Assembly: GCA_905250115.1 (NCBI GenBank)
Contig: CAJNOI010000109.1
Span: 11,595-23,302 of the forward strand
Length of the DNA stretch: 11,708 nucleotides
Reading direction: 5' to 3'
Source of the DNA: Adineta steineri
Lineage: Eukaryota
The notes beneath the pieces were generated by a model. The model made no database searches, was not told the origin of the DNA, and saw only the letters and a program-made list of their open reading frames with translations. Both the position numbers and the translations under genes were made by a program. Each line of letters begins with the position of its first letter. Within the stretch, counting starts at the first letter, position 1. Below, piece by piece: positions 1 to 8,448 of the stretch.

Positions 1-481
1 CACCAGCAGTCTTGGTACTGTTGGATCTATATAACTGAGCTTCGAAGTGGACACCTATACCAATGTTATCGATAAATTGCAATGCATCTGTGACACAAGT
101 AATATGATAAATACCAGATGGTTTGGTAGTTTTCTTGCAGGTACATTGTTCAGCATCGTACGTAAACTCAAAACCGAGAAGAGATGTCTTATCAGTTATG
201 AAACCAAGAGTGGTTCCTTCAAAGAATGGCCCAGTACCGTATGGTTCTGCTTTAAAGTCGATACGATATCGGTAGTTGTCTAAATCGGGATAGTGTGTGT
301 ATGACATAATAATGTTGCTTATAGCACAACTGCTTGTTGTACAATTACTTAAAGTGACAGAGGAATCGCGTACACTCACACGATGTCCTCTTGGCATGCA
401 ACAGATATTAGAATCTGCTGCTACGACATTAACAAAAAGGAAAGTAATCCAGAAGATGATAACACCATTGTAACTAGTCAT
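1..481 (-). CDS. Secreted Cys-containing hypothetical protein, N-terminal part (gene 5' end at 481; ORF continues past the left window edge)
   Basis: The reverse frame has ATG at 481..479 and codons down to 4..2. I checked it triplet by triplet and found no stop in 160 codons, which is far longer than chance in this AT-rich DNA. It starts MTSYNGVIIFWITFLFVNVVAADSN, a signal-peptide-like hydrophobic core followed by VAA|D. The rest is Cys-containing (NICCMPRGH...NCTTSSC...EQCTCKK...ITCVTD) with NxS/T sites. It is missing from the supplied ORF track because no stop lies inside the window. I recognise no family. Confidence 0.55.
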   Translation of the reverse strand, partial: MTSYNGVIIFWITFLFVNVVAADSNICCMPRGHRVSVRDSSVTLSNCTTSSCAISNIIMSYTHYPDLDNYRYRIDFKAEPYGTGPFFEGTTLGFITDKTSLLGFEFTYDAEQCTCKKTTKPSGIYHITCVTDALQFIDNIGIGVHFEAQLYRSNSTKTAG

Positions 482-688
482 GTTTTGTGTGAAAGAAATG
501 AATCGAATCTTAATGATAAAATAATCTAAAAAGGACATAGTTGTAATGAGAAATAGTTAAAGTTGTTTAACATTTTTATTATTAATTTCGATCAGTTTTT
601 GTCGAGTAGAATCCTCCAACCAAACGAAAACATTAGGACTGCTCTACTACTTTATTTTAGTCATAAAGCATCCTCTAACATAAATGTG

Positions 689-980
689 ATGACCATCCTA
701 ACTGACATCAAACGAAGAAGTGTTTGTAGCAAGCAAAACGGTAAGTTTATTCTTTCGAAACCGAGTTATTGAAAAAGTACTGAAGAAATTTAAAATTCTA
801 GATATTTTGAACAGTCATCGTTTTGATTCAATTGCTTTATTGGTCGGATATCTCTCTACTGTTTTGGATCAAACTGGGCGAAATCTGACAAAGTACACGC
901 AGATCGGTGAATACTTAGCATCAGCGGACCCTGCACTCTTAAACTCGGACTCAGCTACTCAATATTTCACCGCATACTAG
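689..980 (+). CDS. Small two-exon hypothetical protein (76 aa); exons 689-740 and 802-980
   Basis: Removing 741-801 joins track ORFs 563-772 and 720-980 exactly in frame. 689 is the first in-frame ATG; the track 'M' at 563 is TTG. Total length is 231 nt, giving 76 codons plus TAG. The product is MTILTDIKRRSVCSKQN-D-ILNSHRFDSIALLVGYLSTVLDQTG...QYFTAY. No domain is recognised. Confidence 0.35.
741..801 (+). other. Candidate spliceosomal intron (61 nt, phase 1)
   Basis: The donor is G|GTAAGT at 741-746 and the acceptor is TTCTAG| ending at 801. Removal restores one continuous frame between two ORFs. The size matches the other introns in this window. Confidence 0.4.
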
Positions 981-1419
981 TGTTCTCATCTTCGAACTCT
1001 GGGTAAAAAAACGAAGTTGAAGACCATTTTTCTTTTTGTAGAGACTCACCTTGTAAGTGAAAAAGAAAGAAGTGAATTGCTCGGGTCGTATAATGACAAT
1101 GTCTTTTTTTTCTTAAAGAATAGTTCTTCATGAAAGGATACCTTATGTTTTTCTTTCCCAAGCGCACCACTTCAATAGAGAATCAATCTTCCTACGCAGT
1201 TGCTCTATAACTACGAGTAAAGCAACAGATGACGAGAGCGATAACCTTCATTTTCATCATCGTTTTTATCCTTTGTAATCATGATTTATTATAAACAGTT
1301 GGTTTCTTAATGACAGAGGCCATGAGTAAGGACAAACACTATCACATCTATCGGAAATTTGTCGACTCATGGAGTGTGAGGCATAATGATTTCAATTTAC
1401 ATGTCATAGTAAATATCTT

Positions 1420-1452
1420 ATATCTTGAGGGTGTTGGTGTTGGTATTGGTTA
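1420..1452 (+). repeat. Solo G/T-rich terminus of the inverted-repeat family (ATATCTTGAGGGTG + GTTGGTGTTGGTATTGG)
   Basis: The 14-mer ATATCTTGAGGGTG at 1420-1433 is identical to 11328-11341. It is followed by a GGTGTT-type G/T run. I see no C-rich partner nearby. Confidence 0.3.
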
Positions 1453-1549
1453 GCAAAAGATTAAAATATGAATAAAATCCAGATTAATAAAGAATAAGAC
1501 TTATTGATATAATTGTTTATATATTTTTTTCTTTTATTTAAATATAAAA

Positions 1550-1930
1550 TTAATTAAAAACCTCATCATCATATAATTCACCAGTATTTCGGTTAATCAT
1601 ACTGAGTCTTATTGTTACTTCTTTATCGATTAATGAAATTTTTTCATTGATTCCATCGGCTAATATTTGTATAGAGTTTGTATTATTAAGATTGTTGTCT
1701 ATATAAAATAGTACTTGACCTTGATTATTTGTATAAAATTCTTGGTAATAATCATCTATTGTTTTAAACTGAACAGGTATATTTACTAAAGGATTCCAAC
1801 GATAATCAACTATAGTTATTAATAATTTGTTTTGTTTATTTAATGAAATTTCATGTAAGATCCTAATGAACACAAGTAAACTTATAATTGTAAGAAAACT
1901 AATAATTATTTGTCGATTGCATCTAATCAT
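1550..1930 (-). CDS. Small signal-anchor or secreted hypothetical protein (126 aa)
   Basis: This is an ATG-initiated (1930..1928) uninterrupted ORF ending in TAA. An N-terminal hydrophobic segment QIIISFLTIISLLVFIRIL is followed by a beta-rich-looking domain (IVDYRWNPLVNIPVQFKT...NNQGQVLFYID). That domain is loosely reminiscent of carboxypeptidase-regulatory/prealbumin-like folds, which is a weak impression only. An AATAAA lies just downstream on the minus strand (1538..1533). Confidence 0.5.
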   Translation of the reverse strand: MIRCNRQIIISFLTIISLLVFIRILHEISLNKQNKLLITIVDYRWNPLVNIPVQFKTIDDYYQEFYTNNQGQVLFYIDNNLNNTNSIQILADGINEKISLIDKEVTIRLSMINRNTGELYDDEVFN

Positions 1931-2383
1931 TATCGCCGATAATAATGTATATCTTTATTATGTTATATAAAACTATTTCATCTTTCTGTTTTTCTTAAAA
2001 AACAATATATAACAGTTTTTTTTATATTAAATAATATACGTAAAGAATGAATATAAAAAATGTATTAGAATAGTGTAGATAAGATAAACGAGAGACACCC
2101 TGACCATCGATCCTGAGTGGTATAATCAGTATCTTCAAGATCTGTCCGACTTAGCGCATAGGATAGAAACCAACGAAAAAAAAACTAATCAAAACAGTAG
2201 GTGACCTAAGTAGGCAATAAAACTCGCGAGACATTATGAATTCTGTAACTTTCGATTCTTCACTACAGAAAGAAGAGCATTATTAGAACTTGTTTCAAAA
2301 CAAAACATTAAAGAATGCTAACACAGTAGTATTATTGTAAGTAAATATGCACTAATTGTTATTAATCGATCCGTAAACCTTTT

Positions 2384-2558
2384 TAAGTGTTGATGAATGT
2401 TTTTGAGATAAGTACGCTAGACACCTTAAGTCAATCATACCCTTTCAAAATATTAGATACAAAGTTTCGTAAGTGTTGATGAGGATGATTTACGTATGAT
2501 TTTATGAAGTAAAGTGTTTCTCGTATTAGCAAAATTCACTGATACCTTTCAAAATTTT
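2384..2558. repeat. Diverged tandem duplication (about 90-100 bp units)
   Basis: TAAGTGTTGATGA occurs at 2384-2396 and 2470-2482. Each copy is followed 54-72 nt later by ATACC(C)TTTCAAAAT (about 2437-2452 and 2542-2556). The order is the same but the spacing contains indels. Confidence 0.3.
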
Positions 2559-3322
2559 TTAATATGAATCATCCAAGAATGAAGCCATAAGATATCTCAT
2601 TCAAATTATAAAAAATAACTGCACTTTCACACGTTTTTTTCTCTCAGTTCGAGAATAAGTAATAGAATACATTGTAAATTTTTCATTTTTTTGTCACTTT
2701 TCATTAATTACTTTAGCAATAAATGACCAATGAAAATAAAACCTTTATTTTTAGTCTAAACTTATAGTAGATTCTTTACTGCTCATTACACTTTTATACG
2801 AATAATAAATGTTGTAAAAAATCGAATAAGGTGTTGTTGTTTTTGTTGACTCAATTGAGTTTACGAGTCGAATAAGTCAGTCGCTTAATGAAAGCTACAT
2901 AAATAAAGAAATGCTTTCTGTTGACTTCATCAAAATGAGTAGTGGATTAATAAAAAAAACTGAATAAAATGTAAATAGAAGCAGAATAACTATTTGATTT
3001 TTAACGGGAATAATTTTACAATAACACTTAAGTAAAGAAACCGGTACTCTCTGCTAAGCTAATCAAAGTGAATAAACAAATAAGAAAAAAAAGAAATGTG
3101 TGTAAATACAGATACAGTGAGTGTTGAAGAAAAGCATTACCCATTCTCCACCCCTTTTATTTTTATTCGTTTATTACGGGTAAAAGAAATACACAAGGAA
3201 TCGTAACCTCAATTTTTCTAGGGAAACAGAGAATTGTTGCAAAGATACATCAAATGTATTTCGTTTTGTAACTCATCTGACACTAACCATATGCTATTGT
3301 AACTTTCTCATCTGTATTATCA

Positions 3323-3330
3323 GAATAGAC
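3323..3330. repeat. Left target-site duplication GAATAGAC of the MITE
   Basis: It is identical to 3873-3880 and directly abuts the left TIR. Confidence 0.75.
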
Positions 3331-3872
3331 TAGGGGTGTTACTTTATCTTTACTTTATAAAATAAAGATAAAGTGAATCTTTATCTTTATTTTATAAAGA
3401 ATAAAGATAATCTTTATTTTAAAAATAAAGATAAAGAAATAAAGTAAATCTTTATATTTATAAAATAAAGATAAAGTTAATCTTTACTTTATAAAATAAA
3501 GATAAAGAAAAAGTTACTTTATTTTAAAAAATAAAGTTAAAATAAAGAATAAAGAAATTTTTCCCATAAATCTCTTATGCCCCACGTTCATTTGCTAGCA
3601 TTATTCCTTCTTAGAATGTGGCTGGTGGTCAGAAAAAACTGCGATCAATATTACCTCTTTATATATCAGTTATTTGTCTAATTACTAATCATTTGAAAAT
3701 ATTTTCTTTATTCTTTATTTTAACTTTATTTTTTAAAGAATAAAGTTAATCTTTATTTTAAAAATAAAGTAAAGCAATAAAGTAAATCTTTATTCTTTAC
3801 AAAATAAAGATAAAGATTTTTGTTACTTTATTCTTTATTATAAAGTAAAATAAAAATAAAGTAACACCCCTA
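3331..3872. mobile_element. Non-autonomous foldback MITE (542 bp), hAT-like termini
   Basis: The left end TAGGGGTGTTACTTTAT (3331-3347) is the perfect reverse complement of the right end ATAAAGTAACACCCCTA (3856-3872). The inverted homology continues imperfectly through long arms, left about 3331-3573 and right about 3699-3872. For example, ATAAAGTTAAAATAAAGAATAAAGAA near 3531-3556 pairs with TTCTTTATTCTTTATTTTAACTTTAT near 3704-3729. A unique core of about 125 bp lies at 3574-3698. The element has no coding capacity. The flanking 8-bp direct repeat GAATAGAC and the TAGGG start (YARNG) fit hAT. Confidence 0.8.
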
Positions 3873-3880
3873 GAATAGAC
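3873..3880. repeat. Right target-site duplication GAATAGAC of the MITE
   Basis: It is identical to 3323-3330 and directly abuts the right TIR. Confidence 0.75.
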
Positions 3881-4449
3881 ACAATGAGAAATACGTGAAA
3901 AAATTCAATTTATTGCCTATCGAGCATATAAGCGAATGAACTGCTTATAAATTACTTTTCTTTCATTCTCTCAGTTCATTTCATATCATATTATTGATAG
4001 TAGGTATGTTTGAAGAAGATGAGAATATTTTTTCAGTTATGATAGTTACAATGAGACATTTTTAGAGGTAAATCTTTACTTTGGAAAGAAAATTTTTCAC
4101 ATATATATTAAGTATGATAATCAAAAACCTTAGATTGAAATTTATCAAAATAAAATTGTAGCAGACTGAAAAAGTCAATAAACAATATTCATATCATCTA
4201 TTTGAGCTTGACACTTGGTAAAGACAATAAAGTCATATATAACTTTTTCACTATGATGAATAATAAAATATTATTTTTTATTTTTCAACATTTATAAGCA
4301 GTATATCGAATAAAATAATACGAAATGATCATTAAAAACTCTCAACCTCATAACTGTAGGTTAAAAAAATCAAACAAAGAAAAAAAAGATTCACTTTATA
4401 TTATCATGCAAAATACTCTTTGGAACTGAATGTTATAAGAGCGTAAAAA

Positions 4450-4797
4450 ATGATAAAGCGATTGTCTTTTTCAAATGGAACAGTTCATTTTGACTTTTTA
4501 TTTGGCTCAGCAATTGCTTTATTAGCCGCTTCATTTGTTGCATATCCTAGGGCGTATGATTTTGGTTGTTCCCAAATCATTTTATCATGTAACGTTTTTT
4601 GCAGACTAGAAGATGCATTTTTTGTCCGCAGTCCCTGTGTTGTGCTTCTGTTATTACTGCTTGATGTATTTCATCTCCCACATAGGTTTTCAAGTCCTAT
4701 ACGATCGAGAAAAATCATTACAAATTTAACTATCTCAATATTCTTCCTGATTGATCATTGTTTATACAACTGTCGTTATGTATACACAGGGGTGTGA
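4450..4797 (+). CDS. Questionable hypothetical ORF (115 aa, hydrophobic)
   Basis: The ORF is ATG-initiated and longer than expected by chance. The sequence is featureless (LLLLLLDVFHL..., CLYNCRYVYTGV). The opposite strand carries a 61-codon open frame at 4488-4670 ending ...WEQPKSYALGYATNEAANKAIAEPNKKSK*, which looks at least as protein-like. The coding strand is unresolved. Confidence 0.15.
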   Translation: MIKRLSFSNGTVHFDFLFGSAIALLAASFVAYPRAYDFGCSQIILSCNVFCRLEDAFFVRSPCVVLLLLLLDVFHLPHRFSSPIRSRKIITNLTISIFFLIDHCLYNCRYVYTGV

Positions 4798-4863
4798 TTG
4801 TAAAGTGTGTACAAAATAAAAAAAACTCCTTATATCCATGTCGATCATTTAGGTCATATGAAA

Positions 4864-4953
4864 CGGCCCCGTGTGGGTGGATGTGGGATATGGGTGTGAG
4901 TGCCGATGCCATATAAATATGATAACTACACCGGCCCACCCTCGCCCACACCC
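4864..4953. repeat. G-rich/C-rich inverted repeat (hairpin) containing telomere-like TGTGGG hexamers
   Basis: The left arm is GTGTGGGTGGATGTGGG (4871-4887). The reverse complement of the right arm is GTGTGGGCGAGGGTGGG (4935-4951). They match at 12 of 17 positions by hand. Exact TGTGGG occurs at 4872-4877 and 4882-4887, and CCCACA at 4945-4950. The internal GGGTGTGAGTGC (4892-4903) is identical to 5367-5378. Confidence 0.5.
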
Positions 4954-5362
4954 TTGCAATTTATTACCACTTGCTAGCGCACTATTAACTGATCAATCAG
5001 CTGTTGAGAAAGTTTGATTTATTTGACTTTTTCACATCGTTATTGATTTTTCTTCAGCATGATTAAATACTGTACTGTTATGTACTAACGATACAAATAT
5101 TCAGTCGTATCTACAATGGTGTTTCAATGCAGTCCAAAAGAAATACTCATTGGATCAATTACATTTAATGTCATGCATTAGATTTTGCTGCGCACATGTT
5201 ATGAAGGTTTTTGGTATTTTACTGAATTGTAATGAACTTGATCAATGCTACGATCTCATTGATCTTATTGTATGGATATTTGGAACAAGTGAACTTGAAA
5301 CAACTGAAGAAGTCCTTGATGAAGGTATCAAAGTAATAACATATAGGTGTGGACAGATTTAA

Positions 5363-5714
5363 TTAAGGGTGTGAGTGCGAATGTGGATGTGGATATGTGT
5401 TAGCGATCACATTGTTCTCGCTTCTTCTTCTTTTCTTTTTCTTTTTTGGTTCTATTTGAAAGAATGTTATCTGCAATAACATTCTTTCATGTTGTTTCTT
5501 TTCTTTTTCTTATGCATGTTCTGTTCTTTGATACGAACGATATATATGTTCGTGTTCTTGTTTTGAGAGTCAGTTTCTTTTTTTGTTCTTTTCTTGAGTC
5601 GTCGTCTTTTCTTTTCTTTGAAAATAAACAGTTTCAAGGGCATTATCCCCCGATATATAAAAGAATTCACAATGTGGATGCTATTTTTGAAACGACATCC
5701 ACACCCACCCTTAA
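5363..5714. mobile_element. TTAA-flanked inverted-repeat element (about 344 bp between flanks), unclassified and non-coding
   Basis: The structure is TTAA(5363-5366)-GGGTGTGAGTGCGAATGTGGATGTGGATATG ... CATCCACACCCACCC(5696-5710)-TTAA(5711-5714). The ends are imperfect inverted repeats (GGGTG..TGTGGATG). The interior is polypyrimidine low-complexity on the + strand with internal hairpins. The only ORFs are low-complexity and overlap each other. Confidence 0.45.
5457..5489. repeat. Perfect 14-bp stem / 5-nt loop palindrome
   Basis: TGAAAGAATGTTAT (5457-5470), CTGCA loop, ATAACATTCTTTCA (5476-5489). Verified base by base. Confidence 0.7.
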
Positions 5715-6326
5715 ATTTCAATAATTATCTTAATTATTTTGTTTATTTTATTTTAAGTGAATACATTGTGTGTGCTACTTTCATTCTTTTTTAGTTTGAT
5801 GATGTTTAATATCGAAAATAAAAAACATTACATAATTGTTATTCTGCATTGATTTCATAGAAAAAATGTTATATTTTCCTGTACTCTAATATACTTCGTT
5901 TTTATGATGATTGAAGTATACAGCGAATATGTCCATTCATAGATACAACCACTGAAATTATTCGACTAATGACCCTTTTTATATGAGTTGATTTTAACAT
6001 TTTTCAATACGTCAATATCAGTTGAAAAATATTGTTGAGTATGCAAAAAGATAGTCTCATTCTTTAACATCGAAATCTTTATTCGACAAATTTTAACCAA
6101 TAGCATACGTTTTACTCTTAACGCGATGCAATATAATAATTTGAGAATACATTAAATATATTTTGAGCATATCGGACGAGTCGGTCGTTCGCTACGTGAA
6201 TATTTTCATACACAAGTGGAATTAGCATAGTCTGATAACGTAACATCATTATACATCTTCATATCAATTCCATTGTCTTTTCGGACGAGCAGAAAAAAAA
6301 GAATACATAGGCATATATATGTGTCT

Positions 6327-8062
6327 ATGCGAGCAGTCAATCAACAAGGACGTCTTAATTGCAATTCAATAGGAATGAATTTACTCGATTTACCTGATGA
6401 AGTACTTTTTTTCATATTAAAAAAAATGAATGTTGTTGATACATTATACCGGCAAACTGGTGTTCATAGTCGACTTGATCAATTATTGTTCGATCACATC
6501 TATGTCCGCGAACTTGATTTTACAATAAAATCATGGAATGATTCCATTTATCCAATCAATGACTTAGTAACTGATCGAATCTGTGAAAAATTTTTGCCTC
6601 ATATTAATAATAAAATCACCAAATTTATTCTTGAACCTAATGCAATTGAACGTGTACTTCGTATTGTCAATTATCCAAAACTGTCATCTTTATCATTAAT
6701 GAATTTTTCAAAAAAAAAACTTATTCAATATCTCACAGGTGATGATCATTCTTTCTTTTTTTTGAAATTAAAAGCTATTAAATTTTTTTTTAGAAAATTC
6801 TAGTCTGATTAAATTAATGAATGAACAAATTACACATTTGAATGTTTATATCATTGATGAAATAGACAATGACAATGATGAGCTAAATCTATTAGAATTA
6901 ATTTTATCATTGTCGAAATGTTTGATCGATTTTACTTTTCATCAATCAATGGAATTTCTTAATCGAAATCGTTCTATTACTGAATTATCATCGACAATTT
7001 GTTCTACATTGACAAAACTAGATATACGATTGAATACATTTGACGAATGTCTTTTTCTTTTTGATAATCGTTTTCCATTATTATCTCATTGTTCTATTTG
7101 TATTGACAAAATCTTGTTATCTTCATCATCTATCGATAATAAAGTAAGTCAACATTTATCTTCCAATATTCAATGATAATCATTTACTTTAATAGACAAA
7201 ATTATTAAAATTGAAATATTTCTCATTAACTTTATATCGCGGAACAAATACCTACGATGATGTCATTGTACTATTTCTACAACGAATGTTGAATTTAGAA
7301 GAACTTCATTTATTTTTAACTGTTTCAAGACGAGATACATTTCGTATTGTCGATGGAAATGATCTTAAACAGAATATATTAATTCATCTTTCTCAATTGA
7401 AGACATTTCATTTCAGTATCTATACTTATCTTTATCAATTTATTAATCGAGAACCAAATAACAATGATTATTCTTCTAATAATGATATTCAACAAAGTTT
7501 CATTGACACTAAATTGGGACAAGTTGGATCTTATGTTCATCATAGTTCATCAAAAAACATATATAGATGTCATGTCTATTCAATTCCATATAAATTCAAA
7601 GCATTTATGAGATTGAGTATTTCATTTACAGGTGGCATCTTTACGAACGTTCGAATATTAGCTATTAATGATAATATTTCTTGGAATTATCATTTCTTCC
7701 ATAAAGTTAATCAAAGTTTTCCATTTATTGAAACATTAATGATATGTAATTCGTTACCACAAGAAGATAAATCGTTATTAAATAACAATTTTGAACAATT
7801 TCCAATTGTAACATTCAATCGACTACTTAATCTTCATATTTATGGTTTACATATTGATTATATTCAACAATTATTATTTAATCAACATACACGTTTACCT
7901 TGTCTTGGTCAACTTGAAATTAAATATGAAGAATTAGTTGAGTTAACAAATAATTTTACAAATAATCCATTGCAACTCAATTGTTTACAAGTACAAAATT
8001 TGATCATTAACGAATGTTTTGTTCGTCCACAAAATTTTTCTCTATTTTTTCCTTTGTTATAA
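6327..8062 (+). CDS. F-box protein with leucine-rich-repeat-like C-terminal region (3 exons: 6327-6738, 6794-7143, 7196-8062; 542 aa)
   Basis: The F-box motif is MNLLDLPDEVLFFILKKMNVVDTLYRQTGVHSRLDQLL. Two GT..AG introns join track ORFs 6273-6803, 6817-7176 and 7211-8062 in frame. The summed CDS is 1629 nt, or 543 codons including TAA. The track 'M's at 6273 and 7211 are TTG. The first ATG is 6327, with an alternative ATG at 6375 directly before the F-box. LRR-like segments include LNLEELHLFL, LSQLKTFHFSI, LLNLHIYGL and LQVQNLIINEC. Confidence 0.85.
6739..6793 (+). other. Intron 1 of F-box gene (55 nt, phase 1)
   Basis: The junctions are ACAG|GTGATG ... TTTTTTTTTAG|AA. The junction codon g+aa gives E, then NSSLIKLMNEQITHL reads on without a stop into track ORF 6817. 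Confidence 0.75.
7144..7195 (+). other. Intron 2 of F-box gene (52 nt, phase 0)
   Basis: The junctions are AAA|GTAAGT ... TTTAATAG|ACA. Exon 3 then reads TKLLKLKYFSLTLYRG in the frame of track ORF 7211. Confidence 0.8.
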
Positions 8063-8066
8063 TAAA
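8061..8066 (+). promoter_or_regulatory. Candidate poly(A) signal AATAAA overlapping the tandem TAA TAA stops
   Basis: AATAAA lies at 8061-8066, immediately at the end of the F-box CDS. Such hexamers are common in AT-rich DNA, so support is weak. Confidence 0.3.
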
Positions 8067-8448
8067 TGAAAGAAAAAAACAGATTGTATATAAATAAGTA
8101 TTTGAGAATATCGGAAGGAAATGTCTTTAATTTTGATTGTAGGATAACACGGCAGTTATCAAAGGGCATTCGTCAATCGATGGCGAGTGTGATAAAGAGC
8201 AAACAATCTCACATAGTCCTAAAGAATACTATCTGTTTCAAAGTACAAAACACGTCTGCTAAATAGTACTCTGTATTTATTTATTAGATTGATCTGTATC
8301 AGTTATGCACACCTTTTCTCATATAAACGTCAGATGCGATTAAAAATATTTTTTATATTTGTTCAAATTCTTTTCAATTACAAAAAGGAAGGCAGATATA
8401 TGACAGCTGGATATGAAAAATTGAACAAATATCCAACTATTAGTTTAA

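Noticed and set aside
47-283. Track ORF, 78 aa on the + strand
   Set aside because: It is the antisense shadow of the 160-codon minus-strand ORF (1-481), which has a signal peptide and is twice as long.
563-688. 5' extension of the small + strand gene from the track 'M' at 563
   Set aside because: Codon 563-565 is TTG. In a eukaryotic context I start at the first ATG (689). An upstream exon cannot be excluded.
967-1170. Track ORF (67 aa, -), together with a strong-looking minus-strand intron at 999-1049 (CAAG|GTGAGT ... TTTTTTTACCCAG|AG, 51 nt). A signal-peptide-like mini-ORF (MKVIALVICCFT, about 1240 down to 1205) lies upstream.
   Set aside because: The ORF starts at GTG. None of the three frames across the putative splice gives a convincing ATG-initiated protein, and the mini-ORF stops after about 22 codons with no usable intron. 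There may be a real minus-strand gene here, but I cannot model it, so I do not report it as a feature.
3331-3872. A regularly spaced short repeat array that superficially resembles a CRISPR or tandem array
   Set aside because: The units are irregular AT-rich subrepeats arranged as two inverted arms with TIRs and a TSD. The window is eukaryotic. This is a foldback MITE, not CRISPR.
4730-4951. Track ORF, 73 aa (-)
   Set aside because: It reads straight through the G-rich/C-rich telomere-like inverted repeat, giving HIHPHG and similar. This is a composition artefact.
5150-5362. Track ORF, 70 aa (+); its first ATG is at 5168
   Set aside because: It has a TTG start, is short, and has no recognisable motif. 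The opposite strand has a comparably long open frame. The evidence is insufficient either way.
5363-5714. Classification of the element as piggyBac on the basis of its TTAA flanks
   Set aside because: piggyBac ends read TTAA-CCC...GGG-TTAA, whereas this element reads TTAA-GGG...CCC-TTAA. A sister copy has TTGA/TCAA at the same positions, so the tetranucleotide may belong to the TIR. I left it unclassified.
5446-5794. Three mutually overlapping track ORFs (5446-5724 +, 5467-5721 -, 5594-5794 +)
   Set aside because: They are low-complexity translations (FFF/LLL or KKK/RRR) of a polypyrimidine/polypurine tract inside the TTAA-flanked repeat. They overlap each other on both strands.
6394-6400. 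CTGATGA hammerhead-ribozyme core motif, also found on the minus strand at 9883-9889. I searched for it because Penelope-like elements and retrozymes carry HHRs.
   Set aside because: Both hits lie inside well-supported CDS, at codons for PDE. They lack the flanking helices and the GAAA/cleavage-site arrangement.
7909-8266. Track ORFs 7909-8169 (-) and 8066-8266 (+)
   Set aside because: The first is antisense to the end of the F-box CDS. The second lies in the 3' intergenic spacer between convergent genes. Neither has recognisable motifs.
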